A stretch of 63,635 nt of DNA, the filler included, from Vermamoeba vermiformis (lineage: Eukaryota): NCBI GenBank assembly GCA_045837725.1. It is 11 parts of 11 records of this genome, joined end to end, with 100 filler letters (N's around TTAATTAATTAA, not from the genome) between each part and the next. Parts side by side here need not be neighbours in the genome. Positions count along the whole stretch, not along the records: positions 11,083 to 13,592 come from JBEWZL010000005.1; positions 13,693 to 16,121 come from JBEWZL010000007.1; positions 16,222 to 39,541 come from JBEWZL010000009.1; 8 more parts are not named here. One strand, written 5' to 3'. Both the position numbers and the translations under genes were made by a program. The notes under the pieces are model-generated. The model was given only the letters and a program-made list of their open reading frames with translations, did not search any database and was not told the DNA's origin. Numbering within the stretch: the stretch's first letter is position 1; each line of letters begins with the position of its first letter. Of this stretch, positions 12,419-25,735 are shown piece after piece.

Positions 12419-13371
12419 TCAATCAAAATCAATTGCAGGGTACTTTTCAAAGTGTTGATAATCGGTGCCTTCCTCTCCCGTAAAGAAGGATTCCGCGTCG
12501 TGAAGCTCTTCTAGTATTTCCAAGTCGAAATCATCAAAATAACGCTTGAGTACCTTCATTTCCACGGAATTTCCAAAACGACGGGCAATGTAGAGAAGTT
12601 CCTTATTGCGTCGATACGAGGCAGCCAACCACAAGTGATCCCCATCTTCTGCGGTGCTGATGTCAAAGCCATACCATTCGAAGCTCTCATACACCACGCA
12701 TACTCCGTTTATGAAGTCGTTGAGAAAGCCAGCAGCAAGACCAAGGCCAAAGCCGTACCTGGGAAGCCCAAGATGGAACGCTCTGAGTGCAAAATGAACT
12801 CCGTTCATACTTCGAGCTACCATCGCAAGTTCGAACAAGTTGCGATTCGGGCGATAACGGTGCACACTCCATGCCTTGAGAATTCCTCGGTACGTGCAGC
12901 CAAGCGTCATGAGCGACACTAAAAAGTGCCCTGCGAGAATTGGAGACGAGTAAAAGGATTGACAGGCCAATCGTAGATTGAGAACCGACCTGGCAAACTC
13001 TGGGTCGTACTCTACGTAGCAACTATCTCGGTCAGATCGTCGACGTCGACGTCGACGAGCACTAGTTATTGCGACTTGGTAGGCAGCCCGGATTGCATCG
13101 GAGCCAACGTTGCTCCATTCGTCATAATAAATTTGTTCTATTACGAACAAAAGCTGTAAATAATAAATTTGTCAGTAAACTAATTAATAAAAATAATTTG
13201 TTTGTGAAAAATTTATAGACGAATTTAATTATTAATTTTTATTTAGCTTTAAAGTGGTGTAAAAATTAGTTAATAAATATCCTTAATTAAAATACTTACG
13301 GCATCCTGACTCGGGTATAAATCTGGGTCGTCGCCGTTTAAATCGATGATTATATCTTCGTTGTGCTCCAT
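12419..13371 (-). CDS. Hypothetical protein of about 268 aa (2 coding exons, intron 13299-13154)
   Basis: Exon MEHNEDIIIDLNGDDPDLYPSQDA splices in phase 0 to ORF 12419-13150. Contains an Arg-rich stretch (ARRRRRRRS). No family recognised. Confidence 0.6.
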
Positions 13372-13726
13372 CCTACGATTAAATATCTTAATAGAGCTAC
13401 TATATGTTAAGAAAAGGTACTTACGCTTCAATTGTTGTTATTATTGTTCGTTTTTAAAATGTAATCAACGATTTTTAAAACAATTTTGTTCGTCAGATTC
13501 TCCGCTTTTGATTGATTAAAAAAAAAGCTGGTATAAAGCCCCAATTTATGTAAAAACAGGTTGAATTTGATTCATTCAACAAGATTTTCGCANNNNNNNN
13601 NNNNNNNNNNNNNNNNNNNNNNNNNNNNNNNNNNNNTTAATTAATTAANNNNNNNNNNNNNNNNNNNNNNNNNNNNNNNNNNNNNNNNNNNNCCGACCGT
13701 ACATAATATAGCGGAAGATTTTAAAT

Positions 13727-14369
13727 GGCGGACGTCTTGTCCAAGCCAAATTGGACATCCGCCATGGACCGCACGTCCGCCGACCATACATTATATAGTA
13801 CAAAGTTTTTAATAGGATTTCTATATGCCATGTATGTGGTTAAGAATATTCCTTCCATATAAAAAGGTTTTCCATCATGCTGGACAAAGTTACAACATAA
13901 AAAAGTATGAATAATGCAAAAAAAATTGGACAGTTAGGTGACAATGAATTGTAGCCAAAGTTCAGTGGTGCATAAAATACGTATAGTTGTGTTGTGCCAA
14001 GTAAGTGCTGATGGATGGGTTCATACTTAATGCTGAAAATTAACAAATTGCCGTCACTACAATATCTTTGACGATTACTTATATTTTCTTGTTATATAGT
14101 GATAGTTCTATGTATTTCCAAAGTTTAAATGGTTTTGCAGCATATAGAACAAAGTTCTAGTACTTAAGTTCTTTGCAGAACAATGACATTTTCAGCCTCC
14201 AGCGGTTAGCCCAAAGCCTCCTGATGCCAATAGTAGTCCTTCTTGGGCCGCTGGTGCTAAAGGCAAAGTTAGGTATAAATTGGTCAATTACTAACATCAG
14301 CGGATGCAGCGACCCCGGACGGACGCAATGTCCACGGATGAAAAATTTTTGGCGGACGGGACGTCCGCC
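13727..14369. mobile_element. Non-autonomous TIR element (MITE) of the GGCGGACGTC family, PIF/Harbinger-related
   Basis: Starts GGCGGACGTCTTGTCC and ends GGACGGGACGTCCGCC. Flanks AAT/AAC are an imperfect 3-bp duplication. A long inverted copy lies at about 15318-15935; fragments at 47633-48013 and 49097-49265. Confidence 0.75.
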
Positions 14370-14962
14370 AACCTGATTACTCATCTGATGAGGATGAAGA
14401 GATTGACGCATGGGAAGCAGAAGCTGATGGATTATCTGAAGAAGAAGAGGCTAGTTATGAAGAAGAAGATTACCTTATGAGCGAAGAAGAAAAGAGCAGA
14501 AGTGAGAATTTGCGTAAAAGAACAACTGCATTGATTGAACGTGATGCAGCAGTGAAAGAAAAGTTCAAGGAGTATTTCGAATTGTACAACCAGCTCTTCA
14601 AGACTTCAAAGGCACATGACAGTTATGTGGCTCAGAAAAGACGTAATGTGAACTTTGTAGTCGGCAAAATTGATGCAACTGAGAGGTCTTTGATGAAGAA
14701 GATCATGGCGTTAAATGAAGAAATCCAGAAGTTGGATACAGGCTACTACTTTGGCTGTTTAGAAGAAGGAGATTTGGAAAGCATCAAACGCAACCTTGAC
14801 AGAATGCAGGAGCAAATCCAAAACAATAACAACACCCCAATTAACTCTGAAGAAGCTCCAGCCTCACAAAACTCAGAGGAGAGCGGCCCTACATCACAAC
14901 CAACATCAAAGAAGCGAAAGAGAGCTACCCCAGAGGAAGAAACCCCCACCAAAAGACATTAG
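14370..14962 (+). CDS. Acidic, coiled-coil protein fragment with an NLS-like tail, 5'-truncated by the MITE; probably transposon cargo
   Basis: The frame stays open upstream of the annotated ATG back to the MITE end (PDYSSDEDEEIDAWEAE...). Coiled-coil-like middle, KKRKR tail. Followed by a right TIR of the same family at 15076-15170. Confidence 0.5.
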
Positions 14963-15231
14963 TTCTACACAGAACATCAACTTTTTTTCTTTGCTCCAGC
15001 TTCGTAAGCAGGACCTGCTAAGTATCTATCCATATTTTAATCATATAATAAACATATACACAGAATTTTAACTAAATTGGTCAATTACTAATGTCGGCGG
15101 ACGGACTGTCCCCGGACGGACGCAACGTCCCCGGACGGACGAAAAATTTTTCGCGGACGGGACGTCCGCCATAGCACATAATTGTCGTGGATACCTATAT
15201 TTTGGATGAGTTTGATGATTCCAAGCTCTAG

Positions 15232-16035
15232 GGCGGACGTCCCATCAGCCAAAAATTGGACGTCCACAATGGACCGCACGTCCGCCGACCACATTATATG
15301 GTACTAAGTTTTTGATAGGCGGATGTCCTGTCCGCCAAAAATTTTTCTTCCATCTGTGGATATTGCGTCCATCCGGGGCACTGTGTCCGCTGATGTTAGT
15401 AATTGACCAACTTATACCAAACTCGGCTATTAGCATTGGTGGACCCAAGAAACACTACTGTTGGCGTCAGAGGCTTTGGGCTAAACGCCAGAGGCTGAAA
15501 ATGGCAATGTTCTGCAAAGAACTTAAGTACCAGAACTTTGTTCTATTGGCTGCAATACCATTGAAACATTGGAAACTCCTAGACATATCACTATCTAACA
15601 AGAAAATATAAGTAGTCATCAAAGATATTGTAGTGGCAGCAAATTTACTTTTCAGCATTAAGTATGAACCCACCCACCAGCACATGTATGGTACAACACA
15701 ATTATACGTATTTTATGCAACCCTGAACTTTGGCTACAATACATCCTAGCTATGAAAATTATTTTGAATCATATATGTTGTAACTTTGTCCAGTATGGTG
15801 GCAAACCTTGTTATAATGAAGGGATATGCTTAATCATATACATTGCACATAGAAATCTTGTTAAAATCTTCATACTATTTGATGTATGGTCAGCGGATGC
15901 GCGGTCTGTGGCGGATGTCCAATTTTTGGCGGATGGGCTAAGTTGGTCTATTACTAAAATCAGCGGATGCAGCAACCCCGGATGGGCACAATGTCCACCA
16001 ACGGACGAAAAATTTTTGGCGGACAGGACGCCACC
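15232..16035. mobile_element. Composite MITE of the GGCGG family with 3-bp target duplication TAG
   Basis: TAG|GGCGGACGTCCC ... GGACAGGACGCCACC|TAG. Contains an inverted copy of the 13727-14369 element. Confidence 0.7.
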
Positions 16036-16221
16036 TAGGGATTGGGATGAGGAAAGTTCCCAGTTTTTGAAATCAAGCTCCAAATGGCCCTCCGGTTCAA
16101 GTTAACTTGAATTATACAAAGNNNNNNNNNNNNNNNNNNNNNNNNNNNNNNNNNNNNNNNNNNNNTTAATTAATTAANNNNNNNNNNNNNNNNNNNNNNN
16201 NNNNNNNNNNNNNNNNNNNNN

Positions 16222-16927
16222 TTACGATTCGTCAATCTCGCAGCAACAACGACTAGGACTCAATCACATTGCAGTATTTGCGGCGAATATGGCTATCGGA
16301 GGTACTTCCGAGATCCATCCGGCGAGAAAAATCGATTGATTTTTTATTTCGCAGAACGAGTGCGCAATTCAAATCTGAAATACCGCGTGTTTGTAGTGCT
16401 ACGGCTGATAAGAAATTTCAATCCTGTGGTCACAGTAGCAGAGGCTGAGTTCAATGTGGGATACGCGTGCGAAAATCCCAAGATTTATTTGCCAATCATT
16501 GAGACAGATATGATCGATGTGCAAAGATTTGGTGCATATGTTATGGCTTGCATGAGTACGTCAGGTAAGTATAAAAAAACTATATCAGTGCAAAAACAAC
16601 GAATTACTATGTTTTTGCAAACATTTTAACTTTTATTCATTTTAATAAATTGTGTCCAAAACAGGCAAGTCTTTCACGAGCCAGCTCATGTTTGCGGAAT
16701 ATACTAGATCAAGGATGATCGAACAAAACCTTGTCGAAAGAATTCGACTGTTGACATTCTCTAAGGACCCAGAAACGCAATCTTATGCGCTACAAGCATT
16801 GAGGGAGTTTAACACAACTGTTCTTAATGTTCCATCACTGAAAATGACGTGTTATTGGCACTTGATGATGTCACGTGGTGGTGAAACTTGTCGAAAGATT
16901 TTGCAAGAGAATAACATCAACTATTAG
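16222..16927 (+). CDS. 3' part of an armadillo/HEAT-like repeat protein with a SOCS/BC-box-like tail
   Basis: Helical segments (MIEQNLVERIRLLTFSKDPETQSYALQALREF) and C-terminal VPSLKMTCYWHL. GT-AG introns. 5' end lost in the gap. Confidence 0.5.
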
Positions 16928-17317
16928 TGCCACGTTACCAGCAAGTAATTAATGGACCACAATCTAAGAGGTTCTCCGGCACCATATGACAACTACAACT
17001 TCACTCAAGTACTCCGTGGGGAGCTTTTGCTCTCAGAAGACAACCAGACAATCTTGGAAGTTTGCGACCAAATTCGTACAATCACTCACAATTGCGGAGA
17101 TGTGTTTAAATAAATCAACTTTTAATTTATGGCACAATACTCTTATGACCCGACATAAAAATCAATAATTCATGCATAGTACAGTCTCAAACGAGGGAAG
17201 ATGAATTTGTCGATCTCAAACACTTTAGAAAGACCAGAAATAATCCGTATTATGTGATGCAAAGACCGCTAAAGATTATTAATAATTAAAGAGCGATTTA
17301 CTAAAAATACATGCCAT

Positions 17318-19043
17318 TTATTGTTCGTCAGCAGTAAGATCTCCAACGAATACAACTCTGAACGGAAATTTGGCCTGAAGTCCCCTATTGTAGCCATTCC
17401 AATAGGATAACTCCATCAACTGCGTTAGTTTAGCCAAGTCTTCAATTGAATTAGCTGGAATATCTCTGCAGCTCAAGAAAACCAGATTCGGTAGTTTTTC
17501 AAGCGCTCGGATCAACTCTACTAAAGAATTAGAATTCAATAATAATACACTAATGAATTAAATATTACCCTGAGGGATACTAGGTACCATAGTTATGTCA
17601 GTAAGGTGAGTTAATCGCGTGATCCAGTGCGCCATAATTCCTGGATTGAATTCCACGTATCTAAATTTTAGCTCCTTCAATTTTTCCAAGCTACAGATCT
17701 CTTGAATAGCATTTTCACCCACAAATAGGCGATTTATGCTGAATGTTTCCAAGTTTGGTGGCAGATTCGACATTCTTGGTTGTGTACCACGATTTTGCCA
17801 GATCAGCTTGGTTAACTTTGTAAAAGTTGCAAAATTGGCTGCTGTAGTAGCACATTCTATGTCTAATTCTAACAGGTTTGTTAGCCCTGTTAGTAAGTTG
17901 AAATCAAGGTGCTGACGGGATGAAAAAAGATCGATCCGGAGACTCGTGAGGCTGTATAGCTGTCCAATTACAGAGACTAATGGCAAACCCATGGAACCAT
18001 ACATTAATGATTTTAAACTAGGTAATTTCAATAGGGGAGTCAAACTGGGGATGCCAGCATCGCAATTAATATCTAATTCCTCTAATTCGGTCAATTTTGT
18101 AATTTTTGTAAATGATTCGTCCGATATAAGTTTGCGGAGCCTAACATCGAGAGTTTTGAGGTGCGGTAGTTCCACGACTTCTGAAAAACTTGCATCGTCC
18201 ATTTGTCCAGAGAAAGAGCAATCCAAACGCTTCAATTGCGTCAATTCATTAAATCCACGTACTGCAAACGAGAGTGCGGGTCAGTTTCAGTGAATTATTA
18301 TTATTGTTTGCTTTTGGAAATGAAGAAATGGATTGAAAAATTGAATTTTAATTCGCTTTCTTTTCCTTTTCGAAAAAATAATTCAATGGATTTTATAGAC
18401 AAGTACTTACGTCTTTTCGTTGTCTCGATAGTTAATGAAGTTAATCTCGTATAGTTCTTGAAAAATTGACCCACGTTGAAATCTTCTTCGACCTCCGCTG
18501 AGTACCAAACCAACGATTGGAGATGAGTATGAGTGCGTATAAGTTCGTTTACGGCGGTCATATTGTCGCAAATGGTGCTTGGAAAAATCAGATCTATTTT
18601 CAACGATCGAAGATTTGGTAGACTTGTTGCTGCCACCAGATCGTAAAGTTGCAATATTTTTTGCCTATCTTTTTCGAGTCTTCTATCATTGGGAGCATAG
18701 AATAGTTCGAGTTCGCGAATATGAGACAGATCCTGCGAGAGAACGAAAATATCGACGCCGATCGGCCAATCCCTTTCCGTTTGCAAAATTTGGTAGTAAG
18801 GCCACGTTGAATCAAACATATTTTTGGCGGTCATGCCGAACCTAAATAATAATTAAATAAAGAGAATCAACTTGGTTTAATTTGCACTATAAATAAATAC
18901 AACAAAGCGTTAAATAGTCCTTTTTTTTAGTATTTATACTAGATTTTAAAAATATTTACTAACCTAATTACATCAGGCAGAGATAAGTAATGCCAAATAT
19001 CGCGCAGCACATCCTTGGGCAGCTCCAACACACTTCGCTCCAT
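17318..19043 (-). CDS. F-box/LRR-repeat protein (multi-exon)
   Basis: First exon MERSVLELPKDVLRDIWHYLSLPDVIR (F-box). LxxLxxLxL repeats in ORFs 18301-18834, 17558-18244 and 17318-17539. Confidence 0.85.
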
Positions 19044-19291
19044 TATTGAAAAGAGAAAAAAATACCAGGCACTGTGGTGTATACGGCTAGTATTGCATTA
19101 TCTGCATAATAATACACGTGTGTTGTGGTCGATCTACGTGTAAAATCAAAAATGGAAAAGAATCAAACTTTGTTTATTACCGCTTGTGGAAACAACAACT
19201 TTACTATTATTTATTTATGTAAATATAAAACTGGCACGTGCAAGTATCGCCTTCAGACCTGTTGAAAGAATTTTTGTCATCTCATCTAAAA

Positions 19292-22134
19292 ATGGATGCT
19301 GAAGGTAATGTTCGAATTACCTTATTAAAAATATCGCAAATATTTTAAAATTAATTATGGCATATTTAATTATATGCTCGGTATTGACTTTTAACAATAA
19401 TGGAAAATAAATCTGAAAAAATTTTCTAATCAATTGCAATCATTAGACTTGGCCGATGGTCTTCAAGATAGACCAATATCTAGTGAAGACGATGACTTCC
19501 CTCCGATGTCAAAGCATTCCAAGCTCGATCCATGGCAGGTAATGTCTTGACGAAAAATTAATATCTTATAATTGAACACTGTAGAGTAATAATTATACTG
19601 AGGATTTTAATATTTATAGAGATATTTTTGCCATATTTAATTTAGCTTAAAGTAGTCATATAAATTTCATGAATATTTAATCGACCTTTATTCCGATTGA
19701 CCTAAATCGTTGAATAAATTAAATAATTATTTTTATTTATTTATAGGAAGATAATAGTCGTAAAGATGCGACGGAAGTAATCATGTGGAACTACGAATCG
19801 AAACAGCCTTTGTTAGTTTTGAAAGAAATGGATCCGCCCATGACAAACGTACCACCCGAAATAGGACTATTAACGCATTTACAAGTCCTTAACCTATGGA
19901 AAAATTCATTAAGCAGCTTGCCCGAGGAATTTTCAAGGTTGATCCAGCTTCAGACGTGTTTATTACACTTCAATTACTTTGCAAATTTTCCACGGCAAAT
20001 GTTACATTGCACAAATTTACACGAATTGACATTACGAGCCAATAATTTGACGACAGTACCCGATGACATATCAAAATTGGTGTCCCTATCTTTCTTATCA
20101 CTACGACAGAACAACCTTAGTGTTATCACGCCTATAATGAATTTGACCAAGCTGCAAACTTTATTGGTGGGAAGAAACAAATTAACGCAATTACCGCGCG
20201 AAATTTCGCAATTGACAAATTTGCGAGAGCTATTTTTAAGTGGAAACGAGTTGAAAGAGTTGCCCGAAGAGTTATTCACGTTATCAAAGTTAGAAACGAT
20301 ATTAATTAGCAGAAATCATTTGACAAACGTGTCGGACAGTATTTCAGCCTTGACCAAATTGAAAGCATTTTACGGATCTTACAACAACATTACCAAAATA
20401 CCCGAAGGTACGTCTTAAACGATAGAATTATACTTATAATTGACGTAAATAATTTTTGTTTCGTTAAATATTATTTTAGGGATTTTTGGAAATTTTTTTG
20501 TGTAGATCGCGATCTGGATATTTTTGCAATTTCGAATGATACTTAGCTAATGAGCTAAATTAAATAGGAGTAAGCAACTTGTTAGAATTGGATACGTTGC
20601 AGATGGGCTTTAACGCCATTGAATCAATACCACGAGAAATTTGGAAAGCGACGGGATTGGAGTCGTTGGATCTGCAACAAAATCGAGTCCACGAAATGGC
20701 CGTATCCGAAGAAGATATGCATCACTTGACTAGATTCACTGGCCTATTATTACATTCAAATAGCTTGACTTCGTTGCCGTCAGAAATTTCAGCGTTAATG
20801 CAGCTACGAGTCTTGACGCTGAATTCGAATCAAATCACAGAAATTCCGCCAGAATTAATGAAATTGACCAATCTTATGGAGCTATCTTTCTCGAGGAATC
20901 CATGTAGCGTACCTGCTGATGTATTTACTTTGGAAAAGTTGACGAGACTCGGATGTGGCGGATGTGGTGTAGCTCTGACGCAAATTTCAACGTCTATAGG
21001 TAATTATACTACTAAGTCGCATATACGAATATTAACTTTATTTAATTATTATTACGAGGTTTAGTAGGAATTTTTTTTGTTTGGATCGCATCCGTTACAA
21101 TTTGTTTTAATGCTTTATTATATAGGAGTCATGACAGAATTGCGAACACTAGAATTAAACGACAATAATATCGCCGAATTACCAGTTGAAATGTCACGGC
21201 TAACGAAGCTACAAAAATTCTTCCTGCAAAATAATTGGCTTGCTTCAGCACCGGAATTTTTCTCCAATTTTGTTCATTTAAAGAAGGTACGTAATAATAT
21301 CAATCTAGATATTTACTAAGTAGCTTCTTGTTCATAACCTAATCCGGATGTGGTCTACACGAAAAATTTATCGTTTGCTACGTTCAAATAGATTGTGATA
21401 ATTAACGAATTTTATTATAGTTTTCCATAAAAGGAAATTCTTTAACATCGGTGCCGATGCACATGATCACAGCGTGCACGCAGCTCGAAGCGATGGATCT
21501 AGGCAGCAACAGAATCACTTCATTGCCTTCAGAAATTGGCTTATTAACCAAACTACTCGAGCTCTACGCACCGTTCAATTCGATCCAGGAGATACCAAAC
21601 GAGATTCAAAATTTACAGCTATTGACCAAATTAAGCTTGATCCAAAACCGGATTCGCGAGATCCCCGATGGCATCTTCAAATTGACGAGTTTATTGCGGC
21701 TTGTTATTCCTGGCAATCTACTTAGCGTAGTGCCCAAGGATATATCAAGATTACATAACTTGTCAGTGCTCAACCTCACCGCCAACGAGATCAAGGTGAT
21801 ACCGAAAGAGATCTGCCAGTTAACGAGCTTAAATAAGCTGATTTTATCTAATAATCAAATAAGCATAATACCGACGGAAATAGGCCTGATGAGTAGTTTA
21901 GAATGTTTCCATATTTCTAGGAATCGATTGCAATTTATTCCGAGCGATATTGGAAACTTAACTAATCTATTCTCGTTACGCTTGTTTCATAATCCGTTGG
22001 TTATGGTGCCTAAAGAGCTACTGAAAATAAGCAAAGCTAATATTATATTACCAACTCTAAAAAAGTTGAAGTTGAACGCTACCGATGAGATCGACGAAGT
22101 TTTGCAAGTCTACGAAGATCTCGAGCAATTGTAG
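19292..22134 (+). CDS. Leucine-rich repeat protein (typical LRR, SHOC2/LAP-like), multi-exon
   Basis: About 20 or more LxxLxLxxNxLxxLPxEI repeats across ORFs 19783-20418, 20579-21064, 21077-21319 and 21451-22134, joined by GT-AG introns. Confidence 0.9.
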
Positions 22135-22595
22135 CATAAATGTACAGAATGACCTCCAATATCATGTATTAAATATCATTACGTTCGAAGTTGCTTTACC
22201 TAAGAACGTCCCGCAGAGACAAAAACCGACAGATTGACTTTTGGGATTGGTATGTATGCTAACAACAAAATTTTTTTTTCTCTTCTCGCCTTCCGTTGGT
22301 AACCACAGCCCACAGCATAGCTTTTTAGTGACCGGGTAATATTGCCTAAATGTATTTGTGTAAACATCACCGTCGATCGACGAGCTTCTGTTTAGTGCAA
22401 GTCGTATCCGCTCAGCGCACCCCAAGTCCTGACAAATGGTATGAATATTACCACGAAAATTGTTACAAAATTATGCAAAGTCGAAAAGCTATTAAATAGA
22501 CATTCGGTAAAAAATCGCAAAACGCTAGTGCGCGAAATAATTTGGTTTACAAAAATCTTGTGGCCACCAAATGTTTTCACATTTACAATAACCAA

Positions 22596-23642
22596 ATGGA
22601 AGGCATCGTTGGGCAGTTAGTATGATCATTTAATTTTTTCTCAATTTTCTAACAATTATTCTTAGGCTGAAACTCGATTGGAGACCAAACCTTGGTCCAA
22701 TGTCGTTCAATTGACAAAAGAAACAGATCAAACTGTTTTGAACCAAGTAAGGAGACCTTATCATCATATAAATCGATGCTAATAACGATATTTTAGTATG
22801 TTGCAGATCTCGAAGTTCTGTTCACTGAAGCGAATGCTCATGACGGCATAAACCACAGCTACCGATTTCATTTGCCTTCGCTTGCCGAGTATAGTCGCTT
22901 AGATAGTGATATGGTCTTTGTGGCACTCAATGAAGGCAAAGTCATTGGTCTAATGATTGGCTTCAACGATGACGATGGTATCGACGTCACGAGCATTGTT
23001 CATCCTACATATCGCCGTCAAGGTGTGTTCAAAGCACTGTTGGATGCATTGCGAGTAGTTGCTGAAGGATCAAAGCAGTTCATGCTCGAAATCTGCGACC
23101 AATCTAAATCCGGGATCGCTTGTGCTCATCATCTTGGCTTAATATCCGAGCCAAAGATTGACTACTACATGGCATGCAAAAAATTAACGCCTCCTAGCAA
23201 ACCTTTGCCCAGCATCACTTTCAAAATTGGAACAGAAGCGGATGCGCATCTCGTTGCTCTCGTGTACGAAGAAGATGCAAAGGCTAGCGAGGATGAAGAA
23301 TATAATTCTGAAGCAGCGATGAAAGATTATCTCGACGACTTGAAGCAAGGGCGAGAATACAGGTTTTATTATAACGAAGAAAACGAATACGTAGGAATGA
23401 TCGAGTACGTCTCAAGAAACGAGACTGAGCCGCCATATATCATGAACTTCTTCGTCAGACCTAAGTACAGAGGAAAGAGTTATGGAGAAGCAATTTTACG
23501 CAACGCTGTTTCGTACTGGCTCGATGATAGGAAGAGATCTCCCGTTGAATTGGAAACTCCTCGCGAGATTGCCTCTCATTTGTACAAAAAGTGTGGATTT
23601 GAAGTAACTCAATCATACAATACTTGGTACTTCAAGAAATAA
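22596..23642 (+). CDS. Tandem GNAT-domain acetyltransferase
   Basis: Two acetyl-CoA motif A copies (VHPTYRRQGVF and VRPKYRGKSYG) plus LYKKCGF. Two short 5' introns. Confidence 0.88.
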
Positions 23643-23704
23643 ACTGCAGTGATTGTTGAATTCCCGAAACCAAATGTCCAAGTTGTATTTCTTTATTTTT
23701 GGAG

Positions 23705-25640
23705 ATGAGCGACACATTCCCCAATGACGTTTGGCGATTGATTTGCTCGGAGTTTGCTGCGAGTGATATACGCACTCTCGCTAAGTTACAGAGGGTAAGA
23801 TCCGTACTGTTTCTGCATGTTGCTCACGTCACATGCTCAAATAATTTTAACAAAATTCAATATCAATATTTTTATGCCTAACTGGTAATTCGTGCCTATT
23901 TAGGCGCGATAATTAATTAATGATTTTTTTTCTTTCGACCAAACCAACGAGATCAAGCTATGAATACCATAACTAATTATTTTCTTTAGTGCTGCAAAAG
24001 ATTTAAATTTATTTTTGCCGGTTTGACCAAGATCAGCTTGACATCTTTAAAAGATCTTCGTGGTCTTGGCAACAAAGTCGCTGTTAATATTGTCTCGCAA
24101 TTGGCGCGTCTTCAGTCGCTCTCTTTAGCAAAGTGCAGCAATGTAAGTCTAATTACCTAGCATTCTAGCGAAGCTAATCTCGTGCACATCCAGATCAATC
24201 TTTCATTTTTGATTGCTATTGGGTCTTTATTAACAGAACTCGATGTCTCGGTAAGTTTAGCATCAATATAATATTTAATGCTGCGTTATTGACTCGATTA
24301 ATACAGAACAATCTCAAAATTAATCGCGCCTCGCTAGTTCTCATTGGACAGGCCTGTCCTCGCTTGCAAATTTTAAATTTCAACGTAAGAATTATTATAT
24401 TACTTTACGTAATTAATATTTCGATAGGGATGCCGAAAAATAGATGATTTAGCATTCGCCAACTTTTGCGCGCCAAATCTGCTGTTCGATCCTGAAGTCA
24501 GCGATGTGTCGCAGCTGAAACTACAAATAGATCCGTATACTTCTTTACATACACTAGGCATTAGAGGCTGTTTCTTATTGACCAAAGAAGCCGTTGATTT
24601 ACTAAGCAAACGATTTGTTGGGCTGACTTCGCTGGATATGGGTGGACTTCCTAATATAGGAAATGCCTCATTTACATATCTATCCCGCCTAACGAAACTA
24701 AAGGACTTGAATCTACGAGTAAGAATTAATTTAATGGACTTCGAGCGGATCTAACATTTTGGATCGTAGAGCGCGAAGCAAATAATGAAGGATATAACGG
24801 ACGAGATGTTTAATCCTACCATGAGTGCACTCAAATTGGAGAGTTTGAATCTAATTGACTCGCCTTCAAGTTTGCTTAACTTTAACTTTTCTGAATCCTC
24901 TTCGCTTCGCGTACTGGATCTTCAAGTACGTACCTTACTCGCATTACTTAGTTAACATTATTATTTAAGAACTCTGACATAACAGACGTGCAACTAACCA
25001 ACATTTGCACGGCGTGTCCGGCCTTGGAAGAACTGAATATTATGTCTTGTGCGAGGATCACGGATCAAGGAATGATGTTCGTCAGCCACTTGCCCCGACT
25101 AAAAAGATTAGAAGTAAAAGAACTACCACTCGTCACCGCCAATACATTTACGCAAGTTTTTCAATCGCTGAAGCACTTGCAGGTCGTAAATGTTTCGCGT
25201 AACGCGAGCATTAGCGACGATGCTGTGGAACAACTGTGCATGAATTCAGGGCATTCTTTGGTCACTTTAAATCTTCAACAGTGCATACAAGTGACGGACA
25301 AGGGCTTAGCGGTAAGAGTACTATTATGAAAATTAGCCTCGTTCTTACATCGTACCGGATTCAGATCGTAGCCAAAAATTGTACAAGATTGTCAATTATC
25401 AACTTGGACGAAGTTAATGTTAGTGATGAATTCATTTTGAAGTTAATTGAAGCTAGAAAACAAACGCTGCAGCACTTGAATATTGCCGGATCACGCACTA
25501 GAAATACTAAGCTGATTATGGAAGCTATGGACCGACATTGCCCTTTCATATTCAAGTTAGTGGTGCCCGTTATCGATGCTAACGTGAGTTCCTTTAAGAA
25601 AGATCATCCGTTCAGCATTGTAAAAGCTGGATCTCAATAA
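23705..25640 (+). CDS. F-box/LRR (FBXL-type, cysteine-containing LRR) protein
   Basis: N-terminal FPNDVWRLICSEF...LAKLQR then CCKRF. Repeats such as CPALEELNIMSCARITDQGM. Many short introns. Confidence 0.85.
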
Positions 25641-25735
25641 GGCAAGTAAAAATATTCGGTTTTTCGAGCAACTCTTTGAAATCAACAATTTTATAATTAA
25701 TCAATCTTCCTGTAATAATATACACACTTGTAAAT

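Noticed and set aside
14157-16105. Short ORFs such as 14157-14411, 15245-15448 and 15312-15611 that resemble each other
   Set aside because: The similarity comes from non-coding MITE copies.
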